Shown one piece after another: positions 1-11,740 of a stretch of 49,873 bases of DNA (within the stretch, counting starts at the first letter, position 1; each line of letters begins with the position of its first letter). The notes beneath the pieces are model-generated. The model did no database searches and had not been told where the DNA came from. It saw only the letters and a program-made list of their open reading frames with translations. Position numbers and translations under genes: made by a program. The stretch spans positions 27,400,724 to 27,450,596 of the forward strand of contig NC_068989.1 in assembly GCF_001194135.2 (NCBI RefSeq). The letters are read 5' to 3'. Origin of the DNA: Octopus bimaculoides (lineage: Eukaryota).

Positions 1-829
1 ATATATACACTCAGGTGTAATCCTCTCATGTAAACACGGATTAATACTCATTCGCCCATTCTTTAAATCTATGCAATGCCCTAATTACGGCTTTAATTAC
101 AATTAACCATAAGTTATATCTTGATCACAGTAGTAGCATATCTCTTCCACTTACACCAACCTTTGCACTAAATATTCATTCTTAAAATTAACTTTGCACA
201 TTCCTCTTACCCACCACATACTCCCTTACAGCGAACCCCAGCCCAAAATTTGAATTTTAATTCTTTCTCCTTCTTGTCCTACATCTTTAACCAAAACCAC
301 TTAGCACTACCTCCTAATGCCTTCCCTAGTAACCTATCCATCTTTCTCTCACTCCCTGTCTATCTCCCTCTATTTACTCTCATAATTCTAGAAACCTCAA
401 TACTCTGCCCGCGCAGCCAATTCCCCTTAGTTCTATAGCCCTATGACCCCTAAATTTTAATATCTTTTCACAAACCCAACAGTAACGATCACCATTCCAA
501 TACTACCGATCCACACCGCCCACGTATCTCCCAAATATCCACATTTACTACTATTTCTCTCAATACCCTAATCATTCATCTCATGCATCTTCCTGAACTG
601 ACTTTCTTATCTCTTCTTGCTCTTCCTTGTTTAGACACTCACAATACTCACTTCGAGCGACCAACTCATCATTCCGATACTATTTGCCTTCTATTCACCC
701 ATTCTACATTTACAGTTCCCTGCATTATGATGTGAAATATTAGATTTTGTTCTCCACCTTGGAGACAGACGCCGGATTTATCCAATGTTTATTTACTTAC
801 ATAAACTAATTGCATAAACTAAATTATAT

Positions 830-1115
830 AAACTAAAAGTTGGAGGGGACGGGATAAATAACCTATATCAACTTGCTATAAAAGCAAGTAGTAAATTTAC
901 TTTGTATTTATTTTTAATTCAAGTTTCGAAGAGTGCAATTCCACTTTAACAATTATTTTATCAAAGCTATAATGAAAGTGATAAAAGAACATATTCGGCA
1001 TATTTTGCTTTCTGAGTTCAATAAAGGCAACAGCACAACGAAAAGCGCGACGAATATTAATGCAATATATATGGATCGGNNNNNNNNNNAATATTAATGC
1101 AATATATATGGATCG

Positions 1116-1118
<3 letters not shown>
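830..1118 (+). mobile_element. Mariner transposon 5' fragment (5' UTR plus HTH start of transposase)
   Basis: ATG at 972 reads MKVIKEHIRHILLSEFNKGNSTTKSATNINAIYMDR, nearly the same as the N-terminus of the mariner at 13588-14851. The upstream aactaaaagt..gggacgggata..cttgctataaaagcaagtagt block is shared too. Truncated by an (AG)n tract. Confidence 0.85.

Positions 1119-1168
<50 letters not shown>
1119..1168. repeat. (AG)n microsatellite
   Basis: Perfect dinucleotide run. Confidence 0.97.
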
Positions 1169-1170
<2 letters not shown>

Positions 1171-1865
1171 AAGTCTATTTGCCAACGTAAAGTGGCAGTC
1201 CTGGTTAGGACGGTGTGACTATCTTTTTTAGCCGCAGCGAAACATCTTTTCCATCTGGCTATTGATACACAACTGCGTCCTTATACCTCGAACAAGGGAG
1301 CTAATGTCCCCTCTCAGCGTTAAACGGTAACTGCGGACCAATGGTTTCTGGGTTATTTCTCTACATCAACACAGGATAAACTTGGATAGAGCTGGCAACA
1401 ATAGGCCTTGCTGGATGTATAGAGTTTTAAAGTGACACGCAGTGACTGATCTCGTAAGGAGGAAAAGAATTAGTTTTAAAATCTGAGCGGAAAATATGTA
1501 GTAACAGTACTACAGAGTAACCTCTATTTGCCAGCGTAAAATGGCACTCCTAACTAGGATGGTGTTACTACCTTCTATAGTGAAAGTTACTGATTAAAGT
1601 CTCGGTTTAAAACTATATACCTCTAGCAAGGGCAAATCTTCTATCTCTAGCCAAGGTTATCCTGTGACGGTGAAGAGAAATAACCCAGAAACCGTTGGTC
1701 CGCAGGTACCATTTAAGGCTGTTCGACGTATAAGGATGCAGTTGTGCGTCGATAGCCAGACGGAGAAGATGTTTTGCTGGGGTTAAAAAAGGCTGTAACA
1801 CCGTCCTAATCAGGACTGCCACTTTACGTTGGCAAATAGACTTTAATCTGTAGTACTGTTATTAC
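1165..1865. repeat. Foldback structure: ~265-bp arms 1165-1431 (+) and 1606-1865 (-), plus a third partial copy 1498-1572 (+)
   Basis: taaagtctatttgccaacgtaaagtggcagtcctg at 1169 is the reverse complement of caggactgccactttacgttggcaaatagacttta at 1811. Homology continues across the arms. Confidence 0.9.
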
Positions 1866-1911
1866 TTATTGCTCGCTCAAAGATTTAAAACTAATTGTTT
1901 TTCGCCTTTTA

Positions 1912-2104
<193 letters not shown>

Positions 2105-3134
2105 CATAACAATGTGTTGTACATATGCAAATTTCAGAAACGGAGGAGATATTATTTTAATTCCATCTCAAAATTACTATAATCATAAAAACCCAGCGGT
2201 GATAATACCACGTCTTTTAGTTTATTTTCGACTATATTATTCATGATATCTTTTAGGGATGTAAAAACAGTATTTTATGATAGAATAAAAATGCAATGTG
2301 TGGAGGCGTTGCAAATAGATAACTGCTAATTTACCTGATTATTACATTGTTTGTGGCTGATATAAAAGCCATCAGCTAACATATGGCTGATACTTTAATC
2401 TCCTTAAGTGAAGTGAAATGAAATTTTTCAGACTGTTAACACCGTAAAAATTATCCGATACTTATAGAGAAATATGCATGTACATGGATACAACATTATA
2501 AAATATTTTTTCTTTGGCTACACCATTTGTCGAGAACACAGAGCGATATTAAAGATATAGGTTATTTGCTGAAGGATAAGAAAAGCAAAGCTTTCACATT
2601 CACAATTACTCTACGAATATTCCTGCACGTTACGTCTAACATTTAAAATTAAGTAGACAGACTACAACGTCAAGTTAAGGATTGTGAAGAATGTATGCAG
2701 ACGATGTAAATTGCAGACGATGTGCACCCTGAACTGCAATTAAACGACTAGAACTCTCTTGGACTACAACCTTATTTTAATGTCAAAAACTCATGACACT
2801 TACATGCAGTTCACTAAGCGCGTTTTAAGAATTTTGCCAATATCAACAAGATAATCGTATCATTTCATTGGAACTCACAGTGCATCAGAAGAACTGGAAT
2901 TTTTACCCCTATCATTTTCAAGAATTACTTTTACTAATTTTAGTATAGTATTCTCAAATCTCCCCATGCGTCTTCTCATGCCTCTTTTTTCCCAATTCCC
3001 AAATTATTTGTTAACTAAGAAAAACAATATTTCATTTTTTTTTTAATTGATACCCCATTCATTATCTGAAATGTTTATTAATTATTAATTGGTTTTATAT
3101 ATATACATGTACATATATGTGGTGGGGGGGTCTA

Positions 3135-3255
3135 CGGAGGTAGGTAGATTGGTAGGTAAGTAGGTAGGCAGGTAGGTAGATAGAAGGGTAGGTTGGTAGT
3201 CAGGTAGGTTGGTAGTCAGGTAGGTAGTTAGGTAGGTAGCTAGGTAACTAGGTAG
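3135..3255. repeat. Degenerate (TAGG)n tetranucleotide repeat
   Basis: ggtaggtag units with substitutions. Confidence 0.9.
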
Positions 3256-3257
3256 TG

Positions 3258-3922
3258 CAAATTTGGGCACTGTCATGGTATTAGCTGTCAGAAGTGAAAG
3301 TCGAAAAATCTGACAAGGAACGTTACTGCTGGTTTGAGTTGATTCTTTGGCTACTGACAGCTAATACCATGACTGGCCGGAGCGAGCTATCTGTCTGTCT
3401 GTCTGTCTNNNNNNNNNNNNNNNNNNNNNNNNNNNNNNNNNNNNNNNNNNNNNNNNNNNNNNNNNNNNNNNNNNNNNNNNNNNNNNNNNNNNNNNNNNNN
3501 NNNNNNNNNNNNNNNNNNNNNNNNNNNNNNNNNNNNNNNNNNNNNNNNNNNNNNNNNNNNNNNNNNNNNNNNNNNNNNNNNNNNNNNNNNNNNTCTATCT
3601 ATCTATCTATCACTCGAAAGTTATTGGAACAAATTTGACACCTATATCCATGCGTTTGAAAACACACAGAGTATAAGGGTACTACTAAAGCAGAGTGGTC
3701 CCGAACGCGCAGTCGCGCGTCCGCGCTAGCTAGTCGTGAGTGGTCGATCCTATTATTTTTAAACTTCAAACTTCATTTGTTTTCTATTTTGATAAATTCT
3801 CTTTGTTGAAAATTATATTTTTATATTTTAAATAATTTGCAATTTCAGAAAATATATTTTTATATTCAATTTGTGTTTTTTAATTTGATAAATTCTACGG
3901 ACACAAACAGAGGTGAACGAGT

Positions 3923-3982
<60 letters not shown>

Positions 3983-4137
3983 TAGAGAGAGATAGTGAGA
4001 TAGACAGACAGACAGACAGACAGATAGATAGCTCCGGCTAGTCAGTAGCCAAAGAATCAACTCAAACAAGCAGTAACGTTCCTTGTCAGTTCTACTTTCA
4101 ATTCTGACAGCTAATACCATGACAGTGCCCAAATTTG
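3258..4137. repeat. Inverted pair of a microsatellite-bearing element (arms 3258-3616 and 3918-4137)
   Basis: caaatttgggcactgtcatggtattagctgtcagaa...ctttggctactgac..ccggagc-(TCTG)n(TCTA)n-cactcg occurs as reverse complement at 3918-4137. Confidence 0.9.
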
Positions 4138-4250
4138 TTCCTGCATTTCATGTTTTGTCTTGCAATTTCACATGTACCAAAAGTATATATGTTATAATAC
4201 TGTTCACTTCAACTCTCTTTTCCTCTTTCTCTAAATCTCCTATCCGTACC

Positions 4251-4251
<1 letters not shown>

Positions 4252-4305
<54 letters not shown>
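4252..4305. repeat. (CT)n microsatellite
   Basis: Perfect run. Confidence 0.95.
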
Positions 4306-4308
<3 letters not shown>

Positions 4309-4982
4309 ACATTCAACACTATTTTAAGATATATTCGATTATCATCGATTTTATTTTTATCTATGAAATATCACCTGTTTTATGGTTATTATTTGTCATT
4401 CCATACAGACAACTACATGCACTCTTCTAGGTTGGTATATATATATATATATATATAGGGATTTACTTTTCGTAATGAGATAAAAAAAACCAAGGCTGTG
4501 TGCATTATAAAACATTTTGATCTCCTTACGGAAAGTAAATCCTTATATTCACACGCTGATATATGACCTACGTTGGACCCCTTATTCGCATAATCACCGA
4601 ACCTCGAGCTTAACTATGGTCTATCCATAGCACTTACTCAGCATTACCTGAAACCTATGGGTATAATTGACACCACTATCTGTCATAACCTCTCTCTGTC
4701 TGTCTGTCTCTCTCTCTCTGTATANNNNNNNNNNNNNNNNNNNNNNNNNNNNNNNNNNNNNNNNNNNNNNNNNNNNNNNNNNNNNNNNNNNNNNNNNNNN
4801 NNNNNNNNNNNNNNNNNNNNNNNNNNNNNNNNNNNNNNNNNNNNNNNNNNNNNNNNNNNNNNNNNNNNNNNNNNNNNNNNNNNNNNNNNNNNNNNNNNNN
4901 NNNNNNNNNNNNNNNNNNNNNNNNNNNNNNNNNNNNNNNNNNNNNNNNNNNNNNNNNNNNNNNNNNNNNNNNNNNNNNNNNN

Positions 4983-5420
4983 CAGGTTGTCAACAAAGGT
5001 ATTAAAATACATAGTACATTCTCTGATAATAATAAGAAAATGTTAAAAACAGTTTAAGTATTAAGATACATATATAAAAATACATATATATATATTCTTT
5101 GATAATAATAGAAAATGTTAAAACACAGTTTAAGTATTAAAATACATATATAGTTTCTTTGATAATAATAAGAAGAATATGTTTAAAATATCAACCTTTG
5201 TATAAGCTTTGTAGTGTTAAGGACTGGTTGTCACAAAAATATTAAAATACAAATATACATTCCCTGATAATAATAAGAAAAGGTTAAAAACAGTTCAAGT
5301 ATTAAAATACATATATAAAAATACAAAGATATATGTTTTGATAATAATAGAAAATGTTAAAAACAGTTTAAGTATTAAAATACATATATACTTTCTTTGA
5401 TAATAATAATAAGTTTGAAA
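4983..5420. repeat. AT-rich tandem repeat (~60-bp subunit, ~240-bp higher-order duplication)
   Basis: Recurring gataataata(a)gaaaatgttaaaaacagtttaagtattaaaatacatata; ggttgtca..aaa..tattaaaataca recurs at ~4985 and ~5226. Confidence 0.85.
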
Positions 5421-5469
5421 CAGTTTCAAAGAGAGTATTCAACAAAAAGTGTTTGGTAGTATATATATA

Positions 5470-5710
5470 TACACAGAAGGAGATATATTTAAGAATTTAC
5501 AAAATATTGGAGAGGAACTGACCCATCTTTTTGACATGTTTTCTCTCTTGAGTGTAGCTAGGGAATGTTGGCTATTTTAAGGGACAGTGTGGGGGACTGG
5601 TTGGAGTTGGAGGAAAGAAGAGCAATGTAGTATTAAAAGGATTTTTTTGTGTTGTTTTTTGGGCTAGTCTGTCATGGTTCAGTGGTGTTTGGGACTGGTC
5701 TTAGAGGTCA
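5470..5710 (-). mobile_element. Possible decayed Penelope-like GIY-YIG C-terminal fragment
   Basis: Minus-strand reading loosely resembles the KIL..CSS..P..N.C..C motif of PLE endonucleases; heavily frameshifted. Confidence 0.35.
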
Positions 5711-5739
5711 GAATGTCTCTGTGCACTTCTCTATGTGTG

Positions 5740-5833
5740 TGCGTGTATATATACATGTGTTTGTGTCTGTGTGTGTGGATCGTTTTTGATTAGTCCCAAA
5801 GTTTATTGTAGCGGGTGTATATGTGTGCACGTT

Positions 5834-5865
<32 letters not shown>

Positions 5866-7141
5866 TGTGATTAATATTTGTTAGGGTGTTGTATGTGCGC
5901 ATGTGTGTATGTGTGCGTCTGTGAATGCGTGTGTATGTGTGTTTGTGTATTTTTTGTGTTGGTGGGGATGTTATGTGTGTGTATGTGAGTGTGTGTATGT
6001 GAGAGTGTGTGTGTGTCTCTGTCTGAGTATGTATGTGTTGTTTTAATTGTCCTTGTGGTGTGTGTGTGTGAGCAACCGTATGTATGTGTGAGGGTGTGTA
6101 TGTATGTGTGCGTCTGTGTGTGTGCATGTGTATGTTTGTTTGCTTTGTGTTGATGGGGTGTTATGTGTGGGTGCGGCAGTGTGTGTGTACGCGCGTGTGT
6201 GTGTGTACGCACGTGTGTGTGTGTGTGTGTGTGTCTTTGTCTGAGAATGTATGTGTTGTTTTAAAAGCCCTTGTGGCGTGTGTGTGTGTGTGTGTGAGCA
6301 ACTGTATGGGTGTGAGGGTGCATATGTATGTGTACGTATGTATGTGTGCGTGTGTATGTTTGTGTTTTGTGTTGGTGGGGATGTTATGTGTGTGTGTGTA
6401 CATGAGTGTGAGCGTGTCTTTGAGTATATTTGTGTTGTTTGAATTGTCCTTGTGGTGTGTGTGAGTGAGGAACCGTATGTGTGTGGGGGTGCATATGTAT
6501 GTGTGTGTGAGTATGTGTGGGTGTGTATGTGTGTGTTGTATTTATTAGATGTCTTTGTGTGTTGGGTTTATCTGGGTGGTGTGTATGTGTCTGCATGTGC
6601 GTTTTGTGTATGTTGGTACTGAGTATGCGTTTGAGTGTGCGTGTGTGTGTGTTCGTGTATGTGGTTATAGTTTATGTAGTTTCCGGGTGTGTGTGTGTGT
6701 GCACATGTGTGTGTGTGTGCACATGTGTGTGTGTGCACGCTGTAATTGTGAGTGATTAGTTTTCTTTGTATTGTTAGTGCAGTGTGTGTGTATATAGGTG
6801 TGGGTACGCTTGTGTGACTGCGTCTGTGTATCTTGCATTTGTCGGGCAGGTGCGTCATTGCGTGTGTGCATGTGAGTGTTTGTTGTGGTTGTTGGGATTG
6901 TATTGTGTGTGTGTGTATGTGTGTTTTTCTTTTGAATGTGTCTGTGTGTATCATTTTTTATTGGGGAACGGGCGTATGGTGTTTGTGTGTGTGTGTGTGT
7001 GTGTACATATGTGCGCATATACATGAGTGTGAATGTGATTTGTAATTGTCGGGGTGGTGTGTAGGTGTGTGTATGTACATCTTTACGTATGTGAGTGTTG
7101 GTTATGGTTGCTGGAATCGTATTGAGAGTGTATATATGCAT
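5740..7141. repeat. Long degenerate (TG)n region with ~200-bp higher-order units
   Basis: Non-TG landmarks tgtgttggtggggatgttatg, ctgagtatgtatgtgttg, tgtccttgtgg and gagcaaccgtatg recur three times between 5940 and 6520. Confidence 0.85.
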
Positions 7142-7569
7142 NNNNNNNNNNNNNNNNNNNNNNNNNNNNNNNNNNNNNNNNNNNNNNNNNNNNNNNNNNN
7201 NNNNNNNNNNNNNNNNNNNNNNNNNNNNNNNNNNNNNNNNNNNNNNNNNNNNNNNNNNNNNNNNNNNNNNNNNNNNNNNNNNNNNNNNNNNNNNNNNNNN
7301 NNNNNNNNNNNNNNNNNNNNNNNNNNNNNNNNNNNNNNNNNNNNNNNNNNNNNNNNNNNNNNNNNNNNNNNNNNNNNNNNNNNNNNNNNNNNNNNNNNNN
7401 NNNNNNNNNNNNNNNNNNNNNNNNNNNNNNNNNNNNNNNNNNNNNNNNNNNNNNNNNNNNNNNNNNNNNNNNNNNNNNNNNNNNNNNNNNNNNNNNNNNN
7501 NNNNNNNNNNNNNNNNNNNNNNNNNNNNNNNNNNNNNNNNNNNNNNNNNNNNNNNNNNNNNNNNNNNAG

Positions 7570-7860
7570 AGTATGTTGAGTTGTGGTCTGTATTTTTAAA
7601 TAAGATTATTTTCCCTATTTATTCGTGTTTGGTCAGTGGTGTTGTGCGGGGAATTGGTATAATGGAAAAACTATGAAATTGGGGGATTTGTTTTGTGCAC
7701 AGACATCTAAGTGCCCACTGAGTGATATCTGTCTTGTGGTGACAAAATACTTTTGTGACAACCTGTACTTAACACTACAAAGCTTATATAAAGCTTTATA
7801 TTTTACTTTTGACAATCTTTTTCTAAAAAAGTGAAACCGGTTAAGTGAATAAACCTTCTT
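7570..7860. mobile_element. Penelope-like relic: minus-strand GIY-YIG tail (7570-7730) joined to an oppositely oriented terminal-repeat segment
   Basis: Minus frame ..TRINRENNLI*KYRPQLN resembles the PLE end seen at 47140-47250 (KESLFITKYRPLLN). 7745-7795 is the reverse complement of 5190-5242. Confidence 0.55.
7803..7848 (+). ncRNA. Minimal type-I hammerhead-like motif, U3-A8 core
   Basis: Stem I ttactt/aagtga; core TTGACAA 7809-7815; stem II cttttt-cta-aaaaag; GAAA 7833; CCGG; UU site 7841-7842; AATAAA follows. Confidence 0.6.
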
Positions 7861-7968
7861 TCATATATATATATACATATATAGTTCAAAAAAACAAAAA
7901 AACAACAAAGTAAGGACGTGATATGGATAGTATTATTGGACGCTCAGGAAAGGAAAGAGAGAGTGTAT

Positions 7969-7995
7969 GACGTTTCGGGCGTAGCCCTTCGTCGG
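7969..7995 (-). ncRNA. Degenerate hammerhead-like motif with C3-G8 core
   Basis: Minus strand CCGACGA-A-GGGC-tac-GCCC-GAAA-CG-TC; U4 mutated, stem I not recoverable. Confidence 0.4.
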
Positions 7996-9289
7996 AAAGA
8001 TGGAAAGTTCGGAGAATGGAAGAACGGAGAAAGAGGAAAATGGTACCGATGCCCACGAGGTTACATTATGAAAAGACCGGAAGAGGAGGTGGTGGGGGAA
8101 AAGTTCTTTCTAAGATAGGAGAGTGAAAAGGGAGATGAATATCTGTGCGTGTGCGAAAGTCTGCGAGTGTGTGTGTGATAACAGAACGTGTGTGTGCGTA
8201 TGTATGTGTGTGTGTGTGTGTGTGTGTNNNNNNNNNNNNNNNNNNNNNNNNNNNNNNNNNNNNNNNNNNNNNNNNNNNNNNNNNNNNNNNNNNNNNNNNN
8301 NNNNNNNNNNNNNNNNNNNNNNNNNNNNNNNNNNNNNNNNNNNNNNNNNNNNNNNNNNNNNNNNNNNNNNNNNNNNNNNNNNNNNNNNNNNNNNNNNNNN
8401 NNNNNNNNNNNNNNNNNNNNNNNNNNNNNNNNNNNNNNNNNNNNNNNNNNNNNNNNNNNNNNNNNNNNNNNNNNNNNNNNNNNNNNNNNNNNNNNNNNNN
8501 NNNNNNNNNNNNNNNNNNNNNNNNNNNNNNNNNNNNNNNNNNNNNNNNNNNNNNNNNNNNNNNNNNNNNNNNNNNNNNNNNNNNNNNNNNNNNNNNNNNN
8601 NNNNNNNNNNNNNNNNNNNNNNNNNNNNNNNNNNNNNNNNNNNNNNNNNNNNNNNNNNNNNNNNNNNNNNNNNNNNNNNNNNNNNNNNNNNNNNNNNNNN
8701 NNNNNNNNNNNNNNNNNNNNNNNNNNNNNNNNNNNNNNNNNNNNNNNNNNNNNNNNNNNNNNNNNNNNNNNNNNNNNNNNNNNNNNNNNNNNNNNNNNNN
8801 NNNNNNNNNNNNNNNNNNNNNNNNNNNNNNNNNNNNNNNNNNNNNNNNNNNNNNNNNNNNNNNNNNNNNNNNNNNNNNNNNNNNNNNNNNNNNNNNNNNN
8901 NNNNNNNNNNNNNNNNNNNNNNNNNNNNNNNNNNNNNNNNNNNNNNNNNNNNNNNNNNNNNNNNNNNNNNNNNNNNNNNNNNNNNNNNNNNNNNNNNNNN
9001 NNNNNNNNNNNNNNNNNNNNNNNNNNNNNNNNNNNNNNNNNNNNNNNNNNNNNNNNNNNNNNNNNNNNNNNNNNNNNNNNNNNNNNNNNNNNNNNNNNNN
9101 NNNNNNNNNNNNNNNNNNNNNNNNNNNNNNNNNNNNNNNNNNNNNNNNNNNNNNNNNNNNNNNNNNNNNNNNNNNNNNNNNNNNNNNNNNNNNNNNNNNN
9201 NNNNNNNNNNNNNGCGTGTGTGTATGTGTGTGTGTGCGTGTAGATGTGTGTGTGTGTATATATATATATATATGTATATATATGTAGAT

Positions 9290-9500
9290 ATATATTTGCG
9301 CGTTTGTGTTAGTTCCACCACCATCGCTGGACAAGCGATGTTGGTGAGTTTACTTCCCCACAATCTAGTGGTTTGCCATAAGTAACCGATAGAATAACTA
9401 CTAGTCTCATGAAGAATAAGCCTTGTGGTTGATTTCTTCGCCGAAAGGCGTTGCTTCAGCATGGCCGTAGTGAAATTACCGAAACAAATAAAAGAGTAAA
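9290..9500 (+). mobile_element. SINE 3' half (octopus-type family)
   Basis: Same body as 21130-21284 (gacaa.cgatgttggtg.gtttac, agaataa, gaaggcg.t.ct.cagcatggcc); head probably in the N-gap. Confidence 0.75.
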
Positions 9501-9503
9501 AGA

Positions 9504-9538
<35 letters not shown>

Positions 9539-10457
9539 GTGTGTGTGTGTATGCACCAATCATTATATCCTAATCAAATTGGACGTATTTCGCGAACGCC
9601 AAAAATTGCAGTATTCGCCATGTGAGAACATATCATGCAAGCGCATAAGCTGCAGCTCACGGGATTTCTTATGTTTACCTTTGCATATTCCTTTTACCCA
9701 GCACATCCCCCTTCGAGGCACCCCATCCACATCTAACCGTCAAACATACATATATATATACATATATANNNNNNNNNNNNNNNNNNNNNNNNNNNNNNNN
9801 NNNNNNNNNNNNNNNNNNNNNNNNNNNNNNNNNNNNNNNNNNNNNNNNNNNNNNNNNNNNNNNNNNNNNNNNNNNNNNNNNNNNNNNNNNNNNNNNNNNN
9901 NNNNNNNNNNNNNNNNNNNNNNNNNNNNNNNNNNNNNNNNNNNNNNNNNNNNNNNNNNNNNNNNNNNNNNNNNNNNNNNNNNNNNNNNNNNNNNNNNNNN
10001 NNNNNNNNNNNNNNNNNNNNNNNNNNNNNNNNNNNNNNNNNNNNNNNNNNNNNNNNNNNNNNNNNNNNNNNNNNNNNNNNNNNATATATATATATATATA
10101 ATTGCAGTGAATTTTCAGGCACTGATGTCGCAAATAACTATCAATTTCGTTAAAATAACATTCAGGACGGAAGTAGTATTAATTGAAAGTTGGAATCAAC
10201 TATATCTCACTCAATCTGAATGCATTATTAGTACGCCGAATGCTGCGGGATTCGTCCCGAAGGAACTACACATGCGCATGCATGGTACTAATAGTACACG
10301 CAGGCGCGCGCGCGCACACACACACACACACACAAATATACACACACACACGCACTAGCACACACACAAACAAACAAACATACACTTACATACACATACA
10401 TATACAGACACACACATACATGCACACGCATATATATATGTTGTCCACGCATATATA

Positions 10458-10795
10458 TGTTTTGATGATAGTTACGACGACCCCTTGCGATATATAGACT
10501 GGACCGAGCGATTATATATAGCAGGGGTCGGGGTAAAGTTTGTGTGTTAGTTTGAACTGAGTTCGCCATGAAGTAGGAAGGTGTCGGCTGGTTAGTTCGT
10601 TTGGAATATTGATTGAGGGTCCCTGATGAGATTGCTGGATCGTTACCTTGTTATTACAGCTGCATTGTTATCTTGCTTACTGTTACCAGTTACTACACAG
10701 GGTACCTGTGTAGTAACTGGTAACAGTCAAAATATCGTACCATCCGTCAAAATATCGTGACTGCACCACGACATTTGGAAACGGAAGGTGCAACA
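10458..10795 (+). repeat. 5' LTR
   Basis: Begins tgttttgatga, ends caaca two nt before the PBS; first 47 nt match 13409-13455 at 39/47. Confidence 0.85.
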
Positions 10796-10797
10796 TC

Positions 10798-10808
10798 TGG
10801 CGACGAGG
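10798..10808 (+). promoter_or_regulatory. Primer binding site TGGCGACGAGG
   Basis: Complementary to the 3' end of metazoan tRNA-Ser(GCU) (...CCUCGUCGCCA), from recalled tRNA sequence. Confidence 0.75.
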
Positions 10809-11045
10809 GTTTCAAAGTTAACGTAAGTTATTTAACAAGTTGTTCGTAATACAACTTGTCAAATGATGGAAGACCTATTAGCTTCTATAATACAGTTGCA
10901 AAAACAACAAGAACAGCAACAGGATTTGCAGAATCAACTAGTACAGTAATAACTACAACAACAATTATTGGAGGTATACTGAAAGAAGTCCGAAAATGCG
11001 GCAAGTACGCTTTCACTAGACGGCGTATAGAACTCCATAAGTATA

Positions 11046-11740
11046 TTCAGTTATAACTCAGAGTATGGTATGACATTTGAAGCGTACTACACAAGGTACG
11101 AGGAGATTTTTAAGGAAAATTACAAAACATGGTGGGAAGAAGAAAAAGTAAGGTTATTATTACGTAAATTAGATCCGTTTAAGAATGAAAGATACCGTAA
11201 TTTCACATTGCCCAAAAAAGCCTAGTGAAATTTGCTTTCAGGGAATTCAAATTACATTCCAATTACTGCCTAACGTGTTCGGTGATAAAAATTTCTCAAT
11301 TTAACACTGGAATGGAGTGTTGGAATTTAACTTTAAAAAGAGGATATTGACATTATTATTTATGCAGGCACAGTCAGCATAATGTGTGAATGATCTTTAA
11401 GTGCCTTATTTTTGTACAAGGCCTCACAGCAAATGAAGATATAGATCTTTGAGTAAGATTTCTTTCAAAACTTGAACAAGCGAAACAAGACTTTACCCTG
11501 CAGACCGTTGCAGAAGAATGTCAAAGAATGGTAAACCTGAAACACGAAGAAAAATTCAAGAAAAGGATTTCGCAAAAAATACAGGTATGTTGACCGAGAA
11601 AGTATAACTAAAGAAGAATGTTAGGTTCTAATCCATGTTACGGATGTGGAGGCTGACATTTCAGATAAGAATGTCCTTTTAAATACCAAATAGGTAACAG
11701 CTATCAAAAATGTGTACACAAGAGTTCATACTGCAGAACA
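11046..11740 (+). pseudogene. Gypsy gag pseudogene with zinc-knuckle remnants
   Basis: FSYNSEYGMTFEAYYTRYEEIFKENYKTWWEEEKVRLLLRKL...; LTLQTVAEECQRMVNLKH; PCYGCGG*HFR*ECP; stops and frameshifts. Confidence 0.85.

Noticed and set aside
1-700. Strongly skewed pyrimidine-rich stretch; minus strand weakly gag-like (LLGKALGGSAKWFW...ELKFKFW)
   Set aside because: Too decayed to assign without a search
1053-1116. Identical 26-nt sequence on both sides of a 10-N gap
   Set aside because: Typical unmerged contig overlap; assembly artefact
2490-2730. YADD-like string (tatgcagacgat, duplicated) and a possible RTE C-terminal remnant
   Set aside because: No surrounding RT motifs in frame; an 11-nt duplication explains it
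3690-3750. GC-rich patch resembling a hAT TIR (cagagtggtcccgaac)
   Set aside because: No partner TIR or TSD found
4983-5420. Repeat-spacer-like look suggesting a CRISPR array
   Set aside because: Eukaryotic context, degenerate repeats, non-unique spacers, no cas genes
10622-10650. CTGATGAG in the Gypsy LTR, a possible hammerhead core
   Set aside because: No GAAA after the putative stem II and no stem I
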